A stretch of DNA of 64,000 nucleotides from an uncultured Chloroflexia bacterium (GTDB taxonomy: Bacteria > Chloroflexota > Limnocylindria > Limnocylindrales > CSP1-4). Numbering within the stretch: the first letter of the stretch is position 1; every line of letters starts with the position of its first letter. Below the pieces are notes generated by a model. The model ran no database searches, was not told the origin of the DNA, and was given only the letters and a program-made list of their open reading frames with translations. Where the stretch lies: positions 8,057 to 72,056 of the forward strand of contig CAVUKR010000002.1 of assembly GCA_963742075.1 (NCBI GenBank). Direction: 5' to 3'. Made by a program: the position numbers and the translations under genes. Positions 27,524 through 37,514 of this stretch are shown here, piece after piece.

Positions 27524-29014
27524 ATGGCGACGGAGAAGGAAGTCCTCCGGATCAACGGGCACGAGGTCACGGTCTCGAACCCGCGCAAGGTCTACTTCCC
27601 CGAGACCGGGCACACCAAGCTCGATCTCGTCCGCTACTACCAGGCGGTCGCCGACGGGGCGCTGCGCGGGGCGGGCGGCCGGCCGATGGCGCTCAAGCGC
27701 TTCGTCGATGGCGCTGCCGGCCAGCCGTTCTTCCAGAAGCGCGCGCCCGAGAACATCCCCGACTTCGTCCGCACCGCGACGCTGACCTTCCCGTCCGGCC
27801 GGACGGCCGACGAGATCGTCATCGACGACGCGGCCGGGCTCGCCTGGGTCAACAACCTCGGCTGCATCGACCTGAACCCGCACCCCGTCCGGGCCGACGA
27901 CCTCGACCACCCCGACGAGCTGCGGGTCGACCTCGACCCGGTGCCCGGCGTGCCGTGGGACCACATCCGGCTCGTGGCGCTGGCGGCGCGCGAGGCGCTC
28001 GAGGCGGTCGGTCTGGTCGGCTGGCCGAAGACCTCGGGCTCGCGCGGGATCCACATCAACGTCCGGATCGAGCCGCGCTGGACGTTCCCGGAGGTCCGCC
28101 GGGCGGCCCTCGCGCTCGCCCGGGACGTGGAGCGGCGCGTGCCCGAGCTCGCCACCTCCAAGTGGTGGAAGGAGGAGCGCCACGGCGTCTTCCTCGACTA
28201 CAACCAGAACGCCAAGGACCGGACGGTGGCCTCCGCCTATTCCGTCCGGCCGCTCCCCGACGCGCGCGTGTCGGCGCCGCTCACCTGGGACGAGGTCCCG
28301 ACGGTCGAGGCGGAGGCGTTCACGATCGACACCGTCCCGGCCCGGTTCGCGGCGATCGGCGACCCGGGGGCCGGGATCGACGAGGCGGTCGGGTCGCTCG
28401 AGGGGCTGCTGGAGCTCAGCACTCGCGACGAGGCGACCGGGCTGGGTGACGCGCCCTGGCCGCCGAACTACGCCAAGCAGGCCGGCGAGCCGCCGCGGGT
28501 CCAGCCGTCGAAGGCCCGACGTCGGCCGGCCGAGTACGAGCCCGGGCGCGGCGAGGCTGGCGGGCCACCGCCGGAGGTCGCCGCCGAGCGAGCGGCGGCC
28601 GTGGCCGGCGGCGACCCGAACGCGGGCCTGCCGACCGAGTGGGCCGGCTCACGGCCGACCCCGACCGGGCGCCGCAAGACCTCGATCCCGGTCGTCGAGA
28701 TCTCGCGGGCGGAGTTCAAGGACGAGGCGCTGGCCGGTCTCGAGCGCTGGAAGGCACGCCATCCGGAGGTCGTCCCGTTCCTCGAACCGCCGGACATCCT
28801 CGTCGACGGGATGCGCGGCCGGTCCGCGGTCTGGTACCGCGTCCGGGTCAACCTCATCCACGTCCCCGAGGCCGACCGGCCGGTCCAGGAGCCGCTCGAG
28901 TCCGACTTCGACCCGTGGGCCGGGATGGACGTCGAGGCGTGGAAGGCAGCGACGGCCGGTCCCCGGGCCCGACGCCCGGCCGCCGAGCCGGAGGGGAAGG
29001 ATCCAGGACCCTGA
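27524..29014 (+). CDS. LigD polymerase-domain / Prim-PolC-like primase-polymerase with C-terminal extension of about 190 aa
   Basis: ATG at 27524. AEP-superfamily motifs NPRKVYFPETGHTKLDLVRYY, DELRVDLDP, KTSGSRGIHINV and FLDYNQNAKDRT. Residues from about 300 to 496 have no family I recognise. Confidence 0.82.
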   Translation: MATEKEVLRINGHEVTVSNPRKVYFPETGHTKLDLVRYYQAVADGALRGAGGRPMALKRFVDGAAGQPFFQKRAPENIPDFVRTATLTFPSGRTADEIVIDDAAGLAWVNNLGCIDLNPHPVRADDLDHPDELRVDLDPVPGVPWDHIRLVALAAREALEAVGLVGWPKTSGSRGIHINVRIEPRWTFPEVRRAALALARDVERRVPELATSKWWKEERHGVFLDYNQNAKDRTVASAYSVRPLPDARVSAPLTWDEVPTVEAEAFTIDTVPARFAAIGDPGAGIDEAVGSLEGLLELSTRDEATGLGDAPWPPNYAKQAGEPPRVQPSKARRRPAEYEPGRGEAGGPPPEVAAERAAAVAGGDPNAGLPTEWAGSRPTPTGRRKTSIPVVEISRAEFKDEALAGLERWKARHPEVVPFLEPPDILVDGMRGRSAVWYRVRVNLIHVPEADRPVQEPLESDFDPWAGMDVEAWKAATAGPRARRPAAEPEGKDPGP

Positions 29015-29075
29015 GCCTGCACGTCGACCGAGTCGGCCGACGTATGGTTGACGCCACTTGAATGGGGAGGGGCAC

Positions 29076-29519
29076 GTGAGCGACGGGTCGTCCGGGACGC
29101 CGGTGGGACGCCATCGCCGTCGACGCGTCCGGACGGTCGACATCGTCGGCTTCGATCATGTCCAGCTGTCGATGCCACGCGGCGAGGAGGCGCTGGCACG
29201 CCTGTTCTACGGTGGTGTGCTCGGCCTCCAGGAGGTGCGCAAGCCACGCAAGCTGTCCCGTCGCGGCGGCGTCTGGTTCGTCGGCCCGGACCTCGCCGTC
29301 CACCTGGGCGTGGAAGAACCATTCCGGCCGGCCCGCAAGGCCCACGTCGCGTTCAGGGTCGCCAGCCTGGAACGAGCTCGCCGTCGCCTGGCTGTCCACG
29401 ACGTGGACGTCGTCGAGGACGACAGCGGCCTGCCCGTCCGGCGCTGGTACATCGCAGACCCCTTCGGCAACCGGATCGAGCTGATCGACGCGGGCGACGC
29501 AGGGTTCTCGGAGCGCTGA
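29076..29519 (+). CDS. VOC (glyoxalase/bleomycin-resistance/dioxygenase) family protein
   Basis: FDHVQLSMPRGEE...HVAFRV...DPFGNRIELI. GTG at 29076 follows GGGGAGGGG. The ORF-track start is TTG 29058. Confidence 0.7.
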   Translation: MSDGSSGTPVGRHRRRRVRTVDIVGFDHVQLSMPRGEEALARLFYGGVLGLQEVRKPRKLSRRGGVWFVGPDLAVHLGVEEPFRPARKAHVAFRVASLERARRRLAVHDVDVVEDDSGLPVRRWYIADPFGNRIELIDAGDAGFSER

Positions 29520-29558
29520 CCGCTCGAGTCCGGGGCTCCTGGGCCGGCCGGCCCGCGT

Positions 29559-30644
29559 TCATCCGGCGCCGAAGATCCCGGCCAGCAGGAACGGCGCCGT
29601 CTCCTCGAGCTGGTCGTAGCGGCAGGCCGCCGCGGGCTTGTCCGGGCGCCAGCGCTTGAACGTCGTCGCGTGGCGGAAGCGGTCGCCCTGGAGGTGGTCG
29701 TAGGCGACCTCCGCGACCCGCTCGGCTCGGAGCGGCTCCCACGACAGGTCCTTGCCGCGGTTCCAGCGCGAGGTCGCACCGGGCACCCGCTGGCCGGAAG
29801 CCTCGAGCTCGGCGGCCCACTCGGCCCAGCTCCCCCACGGGTGGCCCTCGAGCGCGTTCTCGCGGAGGGGCGCGAGTTCGTCGACCAGCTCGGCCCGGCG
29901 CTCCCACGAGAACGACGAGGTGACCCCGACGTGGTGGAGCGTGCCCTCGTCGTCGTACAGACCGAGCAGCAGCGACCCGACGTGCGTGCCGGGCCCGTTC
30001 TTGTGCCAGCGGAACCCGGCCACGACGCAGTCGGCGGTCCGCTGGTGCTTGATCTTGAGCATCGCCCGCTTGCCCGGCTGGTACGGCGCCTCGAGCCGCT
30101 TGGCGACCACCCCGTCGAGCCCCGCCCCCTCGAACCGCTCGAACCAGTCCGCCGCGGTGGCGCGGTCCTGGGTAGCCGGCGTCAGGTGGATCGGCGGCTG
30201 GGCCTTGCCCAGGACGGCTTCGAGCCGCTCCCGCCGCGCGCCCTGCGGCACCGTCCGCAGGTCCTCGTCGCCGAGCGCGAGCAGGTCCCACGCGACGAAG
30301 CTCGCCGGCGATGCCTCCGCCAGCATCTTGACCCGCGATGCGGCCGGGTGGATGCGCAGCAGGAGCGCCTCGAAGTCGAGCGCGCCGTCGCGTGCGATGA
30401 CGACCTCGCCATCGAGGACGCAGCGTTCCGGGAGCGCGGCCCGCAGCGGCGCCGCGAGCTCCGGGAAGTAGCGATCGAGCGGCTTGAGGTCGCGTGACTG
30501 CGTGTAGACCTCGTCGCCGTCGCGGAAGACGAGCGCGCGGAAGCCGTCCCACTTGGGCTCGAACAGCCAGCCGTCGTCGGTCGGGAGCGAATCGGCGGCC
30601 TTGGCGAGCATGGGTTCGATCGGCGGGTCGAAGGGGAGTGCCAT
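29559..30644 (-). CDS. ATP-dependent DNA ligase (LigC-type, stand-alone ligase plus OB domain)
   Basis: ATG at 30644. Adenylation motif I FEPKWDGFRAL, motif DGEVV, GLDGVVAKR, and MLKIKHQRTADCVV. Confidence 0.88.
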   Translation of the reverse strand: MALPFDPPIEPMLAKAADSLPTDDGWLFEPKWDGFRALVFRDGDEVYTQSRDLKPLDRYFPELAAPLRAALPERCVLDGEVVIARDGALDFEALLLRIHPAASRVKMLAEASPASFVAWDLLALGDEDLRTVPQGARRERLEAVLGKAQPPIHLTPATQDRATAADWFERFEGAGLDGVVAKRLEAPYQPGKRAMLKIKHQRTADCVVAGFRWHKNGPGTHVGSLLLGLYDDEGTLHHVGVTSSFSWERRAELVDELAPLRENALEGHPWGSWAEWAAELEASGQRVPGATSRWNRGKDLSWEPLRAERVAEVAYDHLQGDRFRHATTFKRWRPDKPAAACRYDQLEETAPFLLAGIFGAG

Positions 30645-30822
30645 CGCCCAACGATACCGCCGCGACTGCGGCCGCTGCCTTGTGGCGTCGGGGAACACGA
30701 CCGGCTCCGAACACGACGCCGGGCCGGACGGCGGGCCGACGACCACGGAACTCGCCACCAACCAACCGCGTCATCGCGGTGCCGCCAAGACCACACTGGT
30801 CGCGGTTACGGAGGTCCCATCG

Positions 30823-31776
30823 ATGCGCACCATCCGTTCCTTCCTTCCGCTGATCGCGATCGCGCTCGTCCTGGCCGCCTGCTCGGGTTCGAGCGCGGCG
30901 CTCAGCACGGTCGGCGGTCCCGCACGTGCCGGTGACGGCACAACGGGCAGCTCGGCCAACGGCGCGCCCGAGGCGCTGCCCGCCGCGAGCGCCGCGTCCG
31001 GGCAGCAGCCCGCCCCGAACGGTGGCCCGATCGCCGCGATCGATGACACCAAGATCATCCGGACCGGCACCATGAGCCTCGAGGTCAGCGACCTCGTGAA
31101 GGCGATGCGCACGGCGCGCGACGGGATCGTCGGTCTCGGCGGCTACGTCGGCGCCTCGACCACCAGCAACGACGCCGACAAGCCGTCGGCCGAGATCACC
31201 TACCGCGTCCCTGTCGACAAATGGGAGACGGCGCTCGATCTCCTGCACGGCCTGGGCGGGCTGACCACCAAGGTCGTCACGGAGCACACCGAGGCCGTCG
31301 AGGTGACCGGCCAGGTCGTCGACCTCCAGGCGAACATCGCGAACCTGCAGGCCAGCGAGATCGCGCTCCAGGGGATCGCCGAGAAGGCCACCAAGATCTC
31401 GGACGTCCTCGAGGTCCAGGCCCAGCTCACGGCCACCCGCGGGCAGATCCAGTCCCTGGCAGCCCAGCTCAAGGACTTGAACGACCGCTCGGCCTATGCG
31501 TCGATGGCCGTCGACTTCAACGTCCCCGTCGTGGCGGTCGAGGCGGCCGGCAAGGGCTGGGATCCGGGGTCGGTGGTCGACGAAGCAGCGGCGACCATGG
31601 TCTCGGTGCTCCAGGGGCTCGCGACCGCCGGGATCTGGTTCGTGATCGTGTGGCTCCCGATCTTCCTCGTCCTCGGCGTCCTCGCCGTCATCGCGATCTG
31701 GGTCGCGCGGCGGTTCGGCTTCCGGCGCGGTCCCTCGATGACACCGCCTCCGCCCGCCCCGGTCGCCGAGGGATAG
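30823..31776 (+). CDS. DUF4349-domain lipoprotein with C-terminal TM anchor
   Basis: Signal plus lipobox LVLAAC. KIIRTGTMSLEVSDL..., a coiled-coil segment, and a C-terminal TM helix. Confidence 0.7.
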   Translation: MRTIRSFLPLIAIALVLAACSGSSAALSTVGGPARAGDGTTGSSANGAPEALPAASAASGQQPAPNGGPIAAIDDTKIIRTGTMSLEVSDLVKAMRTARDGIVGLGGYVGASTTSNDADKPSAEITYRVPVDKWETALDLLHGLGGLTTKVVTEHTEAVEVTGQVVDLQANIANLQASEIALQGIAEKATKISDVLEVQAQLTATRGQIQSLAAQLKDLNDRSAYASMAVDFNVPVVAVEAAGKGWDPGSVVDEAAATMVSVLQGLATAGIWFVIVWLPIFLVLGVLAVIAIWVARRFGFRRGPSMTPPPPAPVAEG

Positions 31777-31807
31777 GGCTTCACCGCGGCATCGCCCACG
31801 CGGGCCC

Positions 31808-32653
31808 ATGCCCGCGTGGCACGATGCCGCCATGACCGAGCAGGCCGAACGCTACGACCGCATCGCCGCCGGATACGCGCACTGGTGGGCGCCGGTCCTG
31901 ACCCCGGCCGTCCTCGAGCTGCTCGACGGGGCGGCGCCGCTGCTTGCCACCGGCGGACGGCTCGTGGACGTCGGCACCGGGACGGGGCAGCTCGCGATCG
32001 AAGCGCTGATCCGCTGGCCGAACCTCTCCATCGTCGGGATCGACGCGTCGGCCGAGATGCGCACGATGGCCGACGCGGAGGCCGCCCGCCGACTGCCTGC
32101 CGGTGTCCGCGGCCGCTTCGAGACGGTCGTCTCGTTCGCCGACGAGATGCCGTTCCCCGACCGCGCATTCGACCTCGCGCTCTCCTCGTTCGTCGTGCAG
32201 CTCGTCCCGAACCGGGCGCGGGTGCTGCGCGAGGTCCGCCGCGTCCTGCGGCCGGGGGCGACCTTCGCCTATGTCTCGTGGCTGCAGGACGAGCGCGTCT
32301 TCGCTCCGGACGACATCTTCGACGACCTGCTCGACGAGTTCGAGATCGACGGTGAGGACGACCCCGGACGCCCCGGCGATCTCCCGTCCGTGGATCGGGC
32401 GGCCGGGGAGCTGCGCCGGGCCGGGTTCGCGGGCGTGACCGCACGGCCCGGCGAGCTGGTCCATCGCTTCACGGTCGACGGGTACATCGGCTTCATGGCC
32501 GAATTCCACGAGGAGACCCTCATCGCCGGCCTCGAGCCCCCCGTCCGGCGGCGGTTCCTCGCGGCGCTCCGCGACTGGCTCACGCCGTTGACGCCGGAGG
32601 AGATGACGATGCGATTCCCGATCGTCTTCGCGTCGGGGCGGCGCTCCGTCTGA
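31808..32653 (+). CDS. class I SAM-dependent methyltransferase
   Basis: Motif I LVDVGTGTGQLAI, plus LRPGATFAYVSW. ATG 31832 is an alternative start. Confidence 0.78.
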   Translation: MPAWHDAAMTEQAERYDRIAAGYAHWWAPVLTPAVLELLDGAAPLLATGGRLVDVGTGTGQLAIEALIRWPNLSIVGIDASAEMRTMADAEAARRLPAGVRGRFETVVSFADEMPFPDRAFDLALSSFVVQLVPNRARVLREVRRVLRPGATFAYVSWLQDERVFAPDDIFDDLLDEFEIDGEDDPGRPGDLPSVDRAAGELRRAGFAGVTARPGELVHRFTVDGYIGFMAEFHEETLIAGLEPPVRRRFLAALRDWLTPLTPEEMTMRFPIVFASGRRSV

Positions 32654-32683
32654 GATGCCCGGTCCCGGGTCGACGTGCGGGCG

Positions 32684-33361
32684 TCAGCCCTCGGACGAGT
32701 CGGACGAGTCGGAGCCGGACGATTCCGGGGTCTCGCCGCCTTCGCCCTCCTCTGGCGCGCCTTCGCCGATCTCGACCGGGACCTCGACGACTTCCTCGAC
32801 CCGCGGCGCCTGGACCTTGGCGATGATGTCGTCGCCGTCGGTCAGGAGGGTCGCGCCGGCCGGGATCACCAGGTCGCGGACGTGCATCGTGGTCTCGAAG
32901 TCGACGAGCGACTCGACCGTGTATTCGATCGACTGCGGCAGCTGATCGGGCAGGGCCCGGATCCGGACCGACTCGATCGGATGGAGGAGCGTGCCGCCCT
33001 GGGTCACGACGGCCGGCGACTCGCCGGTCGCCACGAGCGGGACGTCGACCGTGAGCTCCTCGGTCATCCGGACGACGAACAGGTCCACGTGCAGGGTCCG
33101 GCGGTTGACCGGATGGACCTGGACGGACGAGACGAGCACGGGCTGGGCCGTCATGCCATCGATCGACAGGTCGACCAGCGCGTTCGGACCGGTGTGGCGG
33201 CGCAGCTGCTCGAACTCGTGGGCGTCGATGGAGACGCTGTCTGACTCGAGGCCACGACCGAAGACGACGGCGGGCAGCCGGCCGGCGCGGCGAAGGGTGG
33301 CGACCTTCTTGCCGGTCAGGTCGCGATGTTCGGCGGCAAGCGTCGCGCGGGCGGTGGACAT
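32684..33361 (-). CDS. rplY: 50S ribosomal protein L25 / general stress protein Ctc
   Basis: ATG at 33361. LTGKKVATLRRAGRLPAVVFGRG...VQVHPVNRRTLHVDLF, with an acidic C-terminal tail. Confidence 0.85.
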   Translation of the reverse strand: MSTARATLAAEHRDLTGKKVATLRRAGRLPAVVFGRGLESDSVSIDAHEFEQLRRHTGPNALVDLSIDGMTAQPVLVSSVQVHPVNRRTLHVDLFVVRMTEELTVDVPLVATGESPAVVTQGGTLLHPIESVRIRALPDQLPQSIEYTVESLVDFETTMHVRDLVIPAGATLLTDGDDIIAKVQAPRVEEVVEVPVEIGEGAPEEGEGGETPESSGSDSSDSSEG

Positions 33362-33530
33362 GTCGTGGAACCTCAGGCTCGGGGTCGTGATCCGGTGTGG
33401 GCTGCGGCTCGCCGGCGGGGCCGGTATGGCGAGGCGCCCGGTAGCGTCCGCTAGGGTACCACGGGTCGCGCGGGTGACCAGCGCACGGCCATCCCGCGGC
33501 GATTCGGCGGCGCCGGTGTAGCATCCCCGC

Positions 33531-34229
33531 GTGGCAGCAACCATCCTCATCGTCGAAGACGAGCACGCCGTCGCTCGCGGGATCCAGTACGCCCTCCAGC
33601 AGGAAGGGTACGAGGTCGCCGTCGCGCGTTCGGGTGAGGAGGGCCTCGAGATCGCCACGCACCAGGCCCCGGACCTCGTCGTGCTCGACGTGCGGCTCCC
33701 GGGCATCGACGGGTTCGAGGTCCTGCGACGCCTGCGCGCGGCCGGCGCGAAGATGCCGGTCCTCGTCCTGACCGCGCGCGACGACGAGGTCGACAAGGTC
33801 ATCGGACTCGAGCTCGGCGCCGACGACTACCTGACCAAGCCGTTCGGGCTGCGCGAGCTGATGAGCCGGATCAAGGCCCTCCTCCGGCGCTCCTACGGCG
33901 ACCTGTCGGACGCCGTCGGTGGGCGGGTCATCCGCCACGGCGACCTGCTCATCGACCTCGAGCGCCGGCGCGTCCAGCGCGGCCAGCGGCGCGTCAGCCT
34001 GACGCCGACCGAGTTCGAGATCCTGCGTCACCTGGCGTCGCGCCCGGGTCGCGTCTACACCCGCTCGGAGCTCCTCGAGCTGCTGCGCGATTACGAGGCG
34101 CTCGACCAGGACGAGAAGACGATCAACGTCCACGTCAGCCACCTGCGCGACAAGATCGAGGACGACCCGGCGGCACCGGCGTTCGTCCTGACGGTGCGAG
34201 GTGTCGGCTACGCCTTCGCCGAGCGCTGA
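33531..34229 (+). CDS. OmpR/PhoB-family response regulator (MprA/CseB-like by context)
   Basis: Receiver ILIVEDEH...DLVVLDVRLPGIDG...LTARD...GADDYLTKPF, plus winged helix LTPTEFEILRHL...VHVSHLRDKIE. Confidence 0.88.
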   Translation: MAATILIVEDEHAVARGIQYALQQEGYEVAVARSGEEGLEIATHQAPDLVVLDVRLPGIDGFEVLRRLRAAGAKMPVLVLTARDDEVDKVIGLELGADDYLTKPFGLRELMSRIKALLRRSYGDLSDAVGGRVIRHGDLLIDLERRRVQRGQRRVSLTPTEFEILRHLASRPGRVYTRSELLELLRDYEALDQDEKTINVHVSHLRDKIEDDPAAPAFVLTVRGVGYAFAER

Positions 34230-35922
34230 GCGTCCCGGGGAGCGGCGCGCCCGTCTCCCGCGTCGCCTGCGCCGGCTCCTCCCGCGGACCTTCCAGGGCC
34301 GGCTGACCGTCGCGTTCCTGGCCGTCGTCGCGCTGACCCTGCTGGTCGTCTCGGCGCTCGTCGTCAACCGGCTCGACGACTACTTCACCAAGCAGCAGCA
34401 GGCGGACCTCGACCAGCGCTCGACGACCGTCGACACCTACGTCGAGGCGGTCGCCTATGCCGCTGCCGCCGGCGGGCCGGTGGTCGGTCCGGACGGGGAG
34501 GTGTCCCAGAAGGTCCTCGAGCGCATGGCCGACCACGACCTGCAGCGGTTCATCGCCGACCGGCTCGGGCAGGCCGACGTCGAGATCACGTTCGGACAGT
34601 ACGTGGCCGACGGCGAGACGCAGCGGTTCGTGCCCGCCCAGGGCGACCCGATCCAGATCCACCTCGAGGCGTCGCCGGAGCCCGGCCAGACGCAGGAGAA
34701 GGATGTCGCCTGGGCGCAGAACTACGGCGCGGGGGGCGTGTTCACGCCCTACGCGGTCAGGATCACGCTCTCCAACCCGTACACGTTCCGGGCGACCGCG
34801 CTCGCCAACGTGACCGGCCTGCTGGCGGCGGTCGCCCTGTTCGCGCTCGGTCTCAGCGTGCTCGTGTCGGCCATCATGGCGCGCCGTTTCACCACACCGC
34901 TCCGCCGCCTGACCGAGGCCTCGCGCGGCCTGGCCGAGGGCGACCTCACCCGGCGCGTCCCGGAGAGCGAGGTCCGGGCCGGCTCGTCGGAGATGGCCGA
35001 GCTGGCCGTCCAGTTCAACGCGATGGCCGACCGCCTCCAGGAGAGCGTCGAGATCATCCGCCGCGACCGCGACCGGAGCCGTGACTTCCTGGCCGATGTC
35101 TCGCATGAGCTGCGGACCCCGCTCGCCGCCCTCCGCACCTTCAACGAGCTGCTCCGCGAGGGCGCGGGCGACGACCCCGAGGCGCGCGACGAGTTCCTCG
35201 AGTCGAGCGCCCAGCAGATCGAGCGGCTCGACTGGCTCGCCCAGAACCTGCTCGAGCTGTCCAAGCTCGATTCCGGGCTGGTCCTCCTCGACCTGCGGCC
35301 GGACGACCTGCGCGCCGCGGTCGAATCCGCGGTCGAGCAGACGAGCGGCGCGGCCCGGCGACGCGGTGTCACCGTCACGCTCCACCATCCCAGCATCCCG
35401 ATCCGGGTCCGGCACGATCCGCAGCGGATCGGCCAGGTGGTGGCCAACCTGGTCGCCAACGCGGTCAAGTTCACGCCGCGCGGGGGCTCGGTGACGGTCG
35501 ATGTCGCCGCCACGGCCGGCGGCGCGCGGATCGAGGTCGCGGACACCGGGGTCGGGATCGATCCCAGCGAGCTGCCGCACATCTTCGAGCGCTTCTACCG
35601 CGGCTCGCGGGCCAACGAGGCACGCGGCAGCGGGAGCGGGCTCGGCCTCGCCATCGTGCGCTCGATCGTCGACATGCACGGCGGGACGGTCGAGGTCGAG
35701 AGCCGGGTCGGTGCCGGCTCCCGCTTCGTCGTCACGCTCCCGCGCGATCCGCGCCTGGTCGAGGGCACGCCTGCCGCAGAGCGGGCCGCGGTGGCGTCCG
35801 CGGCCGATGCGCGCAGCCGCGCCGACGCGGGCGCGACGGTCGGGCCCGTCCGCATGACATCGAACATGCAGGAAACTTCACCTTCCGAACGCCCGCAGGT
35901 GAACCCTGAACCCGCACCCTGA
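34201..35922 (+). CDS. sensor histidine kinase (TM-HAMP-HisKA-HATPase_c)
   Basis: H-box FLADVSHELRTPLAAL, N-box VVANLVANAVKFTP, G-boxes DTGVGI and GSGLGLAIV. GTG at 34201 overlaps the regulator gene by 29 nt. Confidence 0.85.
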   Translation: MSATPSPSAERPGERRARLPRRLRRLLPRTFQGRLTVAFLAVVALTLLVVSALVVNRLDDYFTKQQQADLDQRSTTVDTYVEAVAYAAAAGGPVVGPDGEVSQKVLERMADHDLQRFIADRLGQADVEITFGQYVADGETQRFVPAQGDPIQIHLEASPEPGQTQEKDVAWAQNYGAGGVFTPYAVRITLSNPYTFRATALANVTGLLAAVALFALGLSVLVSAIMARRFTTPLRRLTEASRGLAEGDLTRRVPESEVRAGSSEMAELAVQFNAMADRLQESVEIIRRDRDRSRDFLADVSHELRTPLAALRTFNELLREGAGDDPEARDEFLESSAQQIERLDWLAQNLLELSKLDSGLVLLDLRPDDLRAAVESAVEQTSGAARRRGVTVTLHHPSIPIRVRHDPQRIGQVVANLVANAVKFTPRGGSVTVDVAATAGGARIEVADTGVGIDPSELPHIFERFYRGSRANEARGSGSGLGLAIVRSIVDMHGGTVEVESRVGAGSRFVVTLPRDPRLVEGTPAAERAAVASAADARSRADAGATVGPVRMTSNMQETSPSERPQVNPEPAP

Positions 35923-35982
35923 GACCTGATCAGACCTGTCGCGGTCGCTCACCGGCCGCCAACCCAAGGAATCTGTCGACAC

Positions 35983-37485
35983 ATGCATGACGAACCCCGC
36001 CACGACGCCACGGACCCCGGCGATCTGACCGAGCGCCATCCCATCACGCCGGTCGAGCCCCCGTCCACCGAGCCGGTCGAGCCCGCGTCCGCGGACCCCG
36101 TCGCGCCGGCCGGGCCGGTCGATGCCGCGGCGCCTGTCGTGGAGCCATACGGGGCGCACGTCGAGCCCTATCCCGCGCCCGTCGATCCGTACGGCGCCCC
36201 CGACCACTACACGCCCGCCCCCGAACCGCGAGCCGACTGGGCGCGCTCGTGGGACGAGACCCCGCCCGTCACGCCGGAGCGCTGGTACGAGCCGGCCGCG
36301 ACCCAGGTCCCGGCGGCGAACGCGAGCGTGGAGCGCGATGCGGGTCGGGGAGGTCGCGGTGGCGGCTCGATCCTGGCAGTGGCGCTGCTCTCCGCGGTCC
36401 TCGCCGCGGGCGGCACGGTCCTTGCGCTCGGCGCCACAGGCGCACTCGACAAGCAGACCACGCCGGCGACGACCCCGGCGCAGGCGTCCAATGCCGGGAC
36501 CAAGCAGCCGGTCGCGATCGACGAGTCGTCGGCGACCATCGCGGTCGCGGCCAAGGTCAGCCCCGCGGTCGTGCGCATCACGGTCACCGGCAGCACCAAT
36601 TCGGGGAACCTCGGCGTCATCCCGCCGACCGGGGTCGGGTCGGGCGTCATCTTCGACAGCAACGGCTGGATCCTGACCAACCATCACGTGGTCGAGGGCG
36701 GCCAGAAGTTCGACGTCGAGCTCAACGATGGCCGCGTCCTGTCGGGCACGGTCTACGGCATCGACACCCTGACCGACCTCGCCATCGTCAAGGTCAGTGC
36801 GACCGGCCTCCCGACCGCCGCCATCGGAGAATCGGACGCGCTCAAGGTCGGAGAGCTCGTGGTCGCCATCGGGAGCCCGCTCGGGACCTACTCGAACTCG
36901 GTCACCAGCGGCATCGTCTCGGCCAAGGGTCGCTCGATCACGACCGACAACAACGAGTCGCTCTCGAACCTGATCCAGACCGATGCCGCGATCAACCCCG
37001 GCAACTCGGGCGGTCCGCTCCTCGACGCCGGCGGCAACGTCATCGGTATCAACACCGCCATCGCCCAGAACAGCAACGGGATCGGCTTCGCGATCCCGAT
37101 CGACATCGCGCGACCGATCATGGCCCAGGCGGTCGCCGGCCAGCCGCTCAGCCGTCCGTATCTCGGGATCAGCTTCGTGTCGATCAACCGCCAGCTCGCT
37201 GACGAGAAGAAGCTCCCGGTCAACGTCGGCGCGCTCGTCGGCGGGTTCGACCAGAACGGCAACCCGGCTCCCGGCGTCAAGGCCGGGACACCCGCCGCCA
37301 CGGCCGGGATCAAGGACGGCGACATCGTCGTCAGCATCGATGGCAAGGTCATCGACGCGGAACACCCGCTCGACGCGACGCTCGCCCAGTTCTCGCCGGG
37401 CGACACGGTCGACGTGGTCGTCCTGCGCGACGGCAAGGACATCACGTTGAAGGTCACCCTCGCGACGCGACCCGCGGGGCTGTAG
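35983..37485 (+). CDS. HtrA/DegP-family trypsin-like serine protease with PDZ domain (PepD-like)
   Basis: Pro-rich N-terminus and a TM helix. Catalytic triad context TNHHVV, DLAIVKV, GNSGGPL. C-terminal PDZ domain. Confidence 0.88.
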   Translation: MHDEPRHDATDPGDLTERHPITPVEPPSTEPVEPASADPVAPAGPVDAAAPVVEPYGAHVEPYPAPVDPYGAPDHYTPAPEPRADWARSWDETPPVTPERWYEPAATQVPAANASVERDAGRGGRGGGSILAVALLSAVLAAGGTVLALGATGALDKQTTPATTPAQASNAGTKQPVAIDESSATIAVAAKVSPAVVRITVTGSTNSGNLGVIPPTGVGSGVIFDSNGWILTNHHVVEGGQKFDVELNDGRVLSGTVYGIDTLTDLAIVKVSATGLPTAAIGESDALKVGELVVAIGSPLGTYSNSVTSGIVSAKGRSITTDNNESLSNLIQTDAAINPGNSGGPLLDAGGNVIGINTAIAQNSNGIGFAIPIDIARPIMAQAVAGQPLSRPYLGISFVSINRQLADEKKLPVNVGALVGGFDQNGNPAPGVKAGTPAATAGIKDGDIVVSIDGKVIDAEHPLDATLAQFSPGDTVDVVVLRDGKDITLKVTLATRPAGL

Positions 37486-37514
37486 GGCGGGTCGACGGCG
37501 GCGCTTCGCCGGGG

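Noticed and set aside
27524-30644. Complete NHEJ (Ku plus LigD) system.
   Set aside because: No Ku-like ORF is present in the window. The ligase and polymerase are separate genes rather than a multidomain LigD, and no phosphoesterase domain was seen. The pair is therefore described only as LigC-type ligase plus Prim-Pol-like polymerase.
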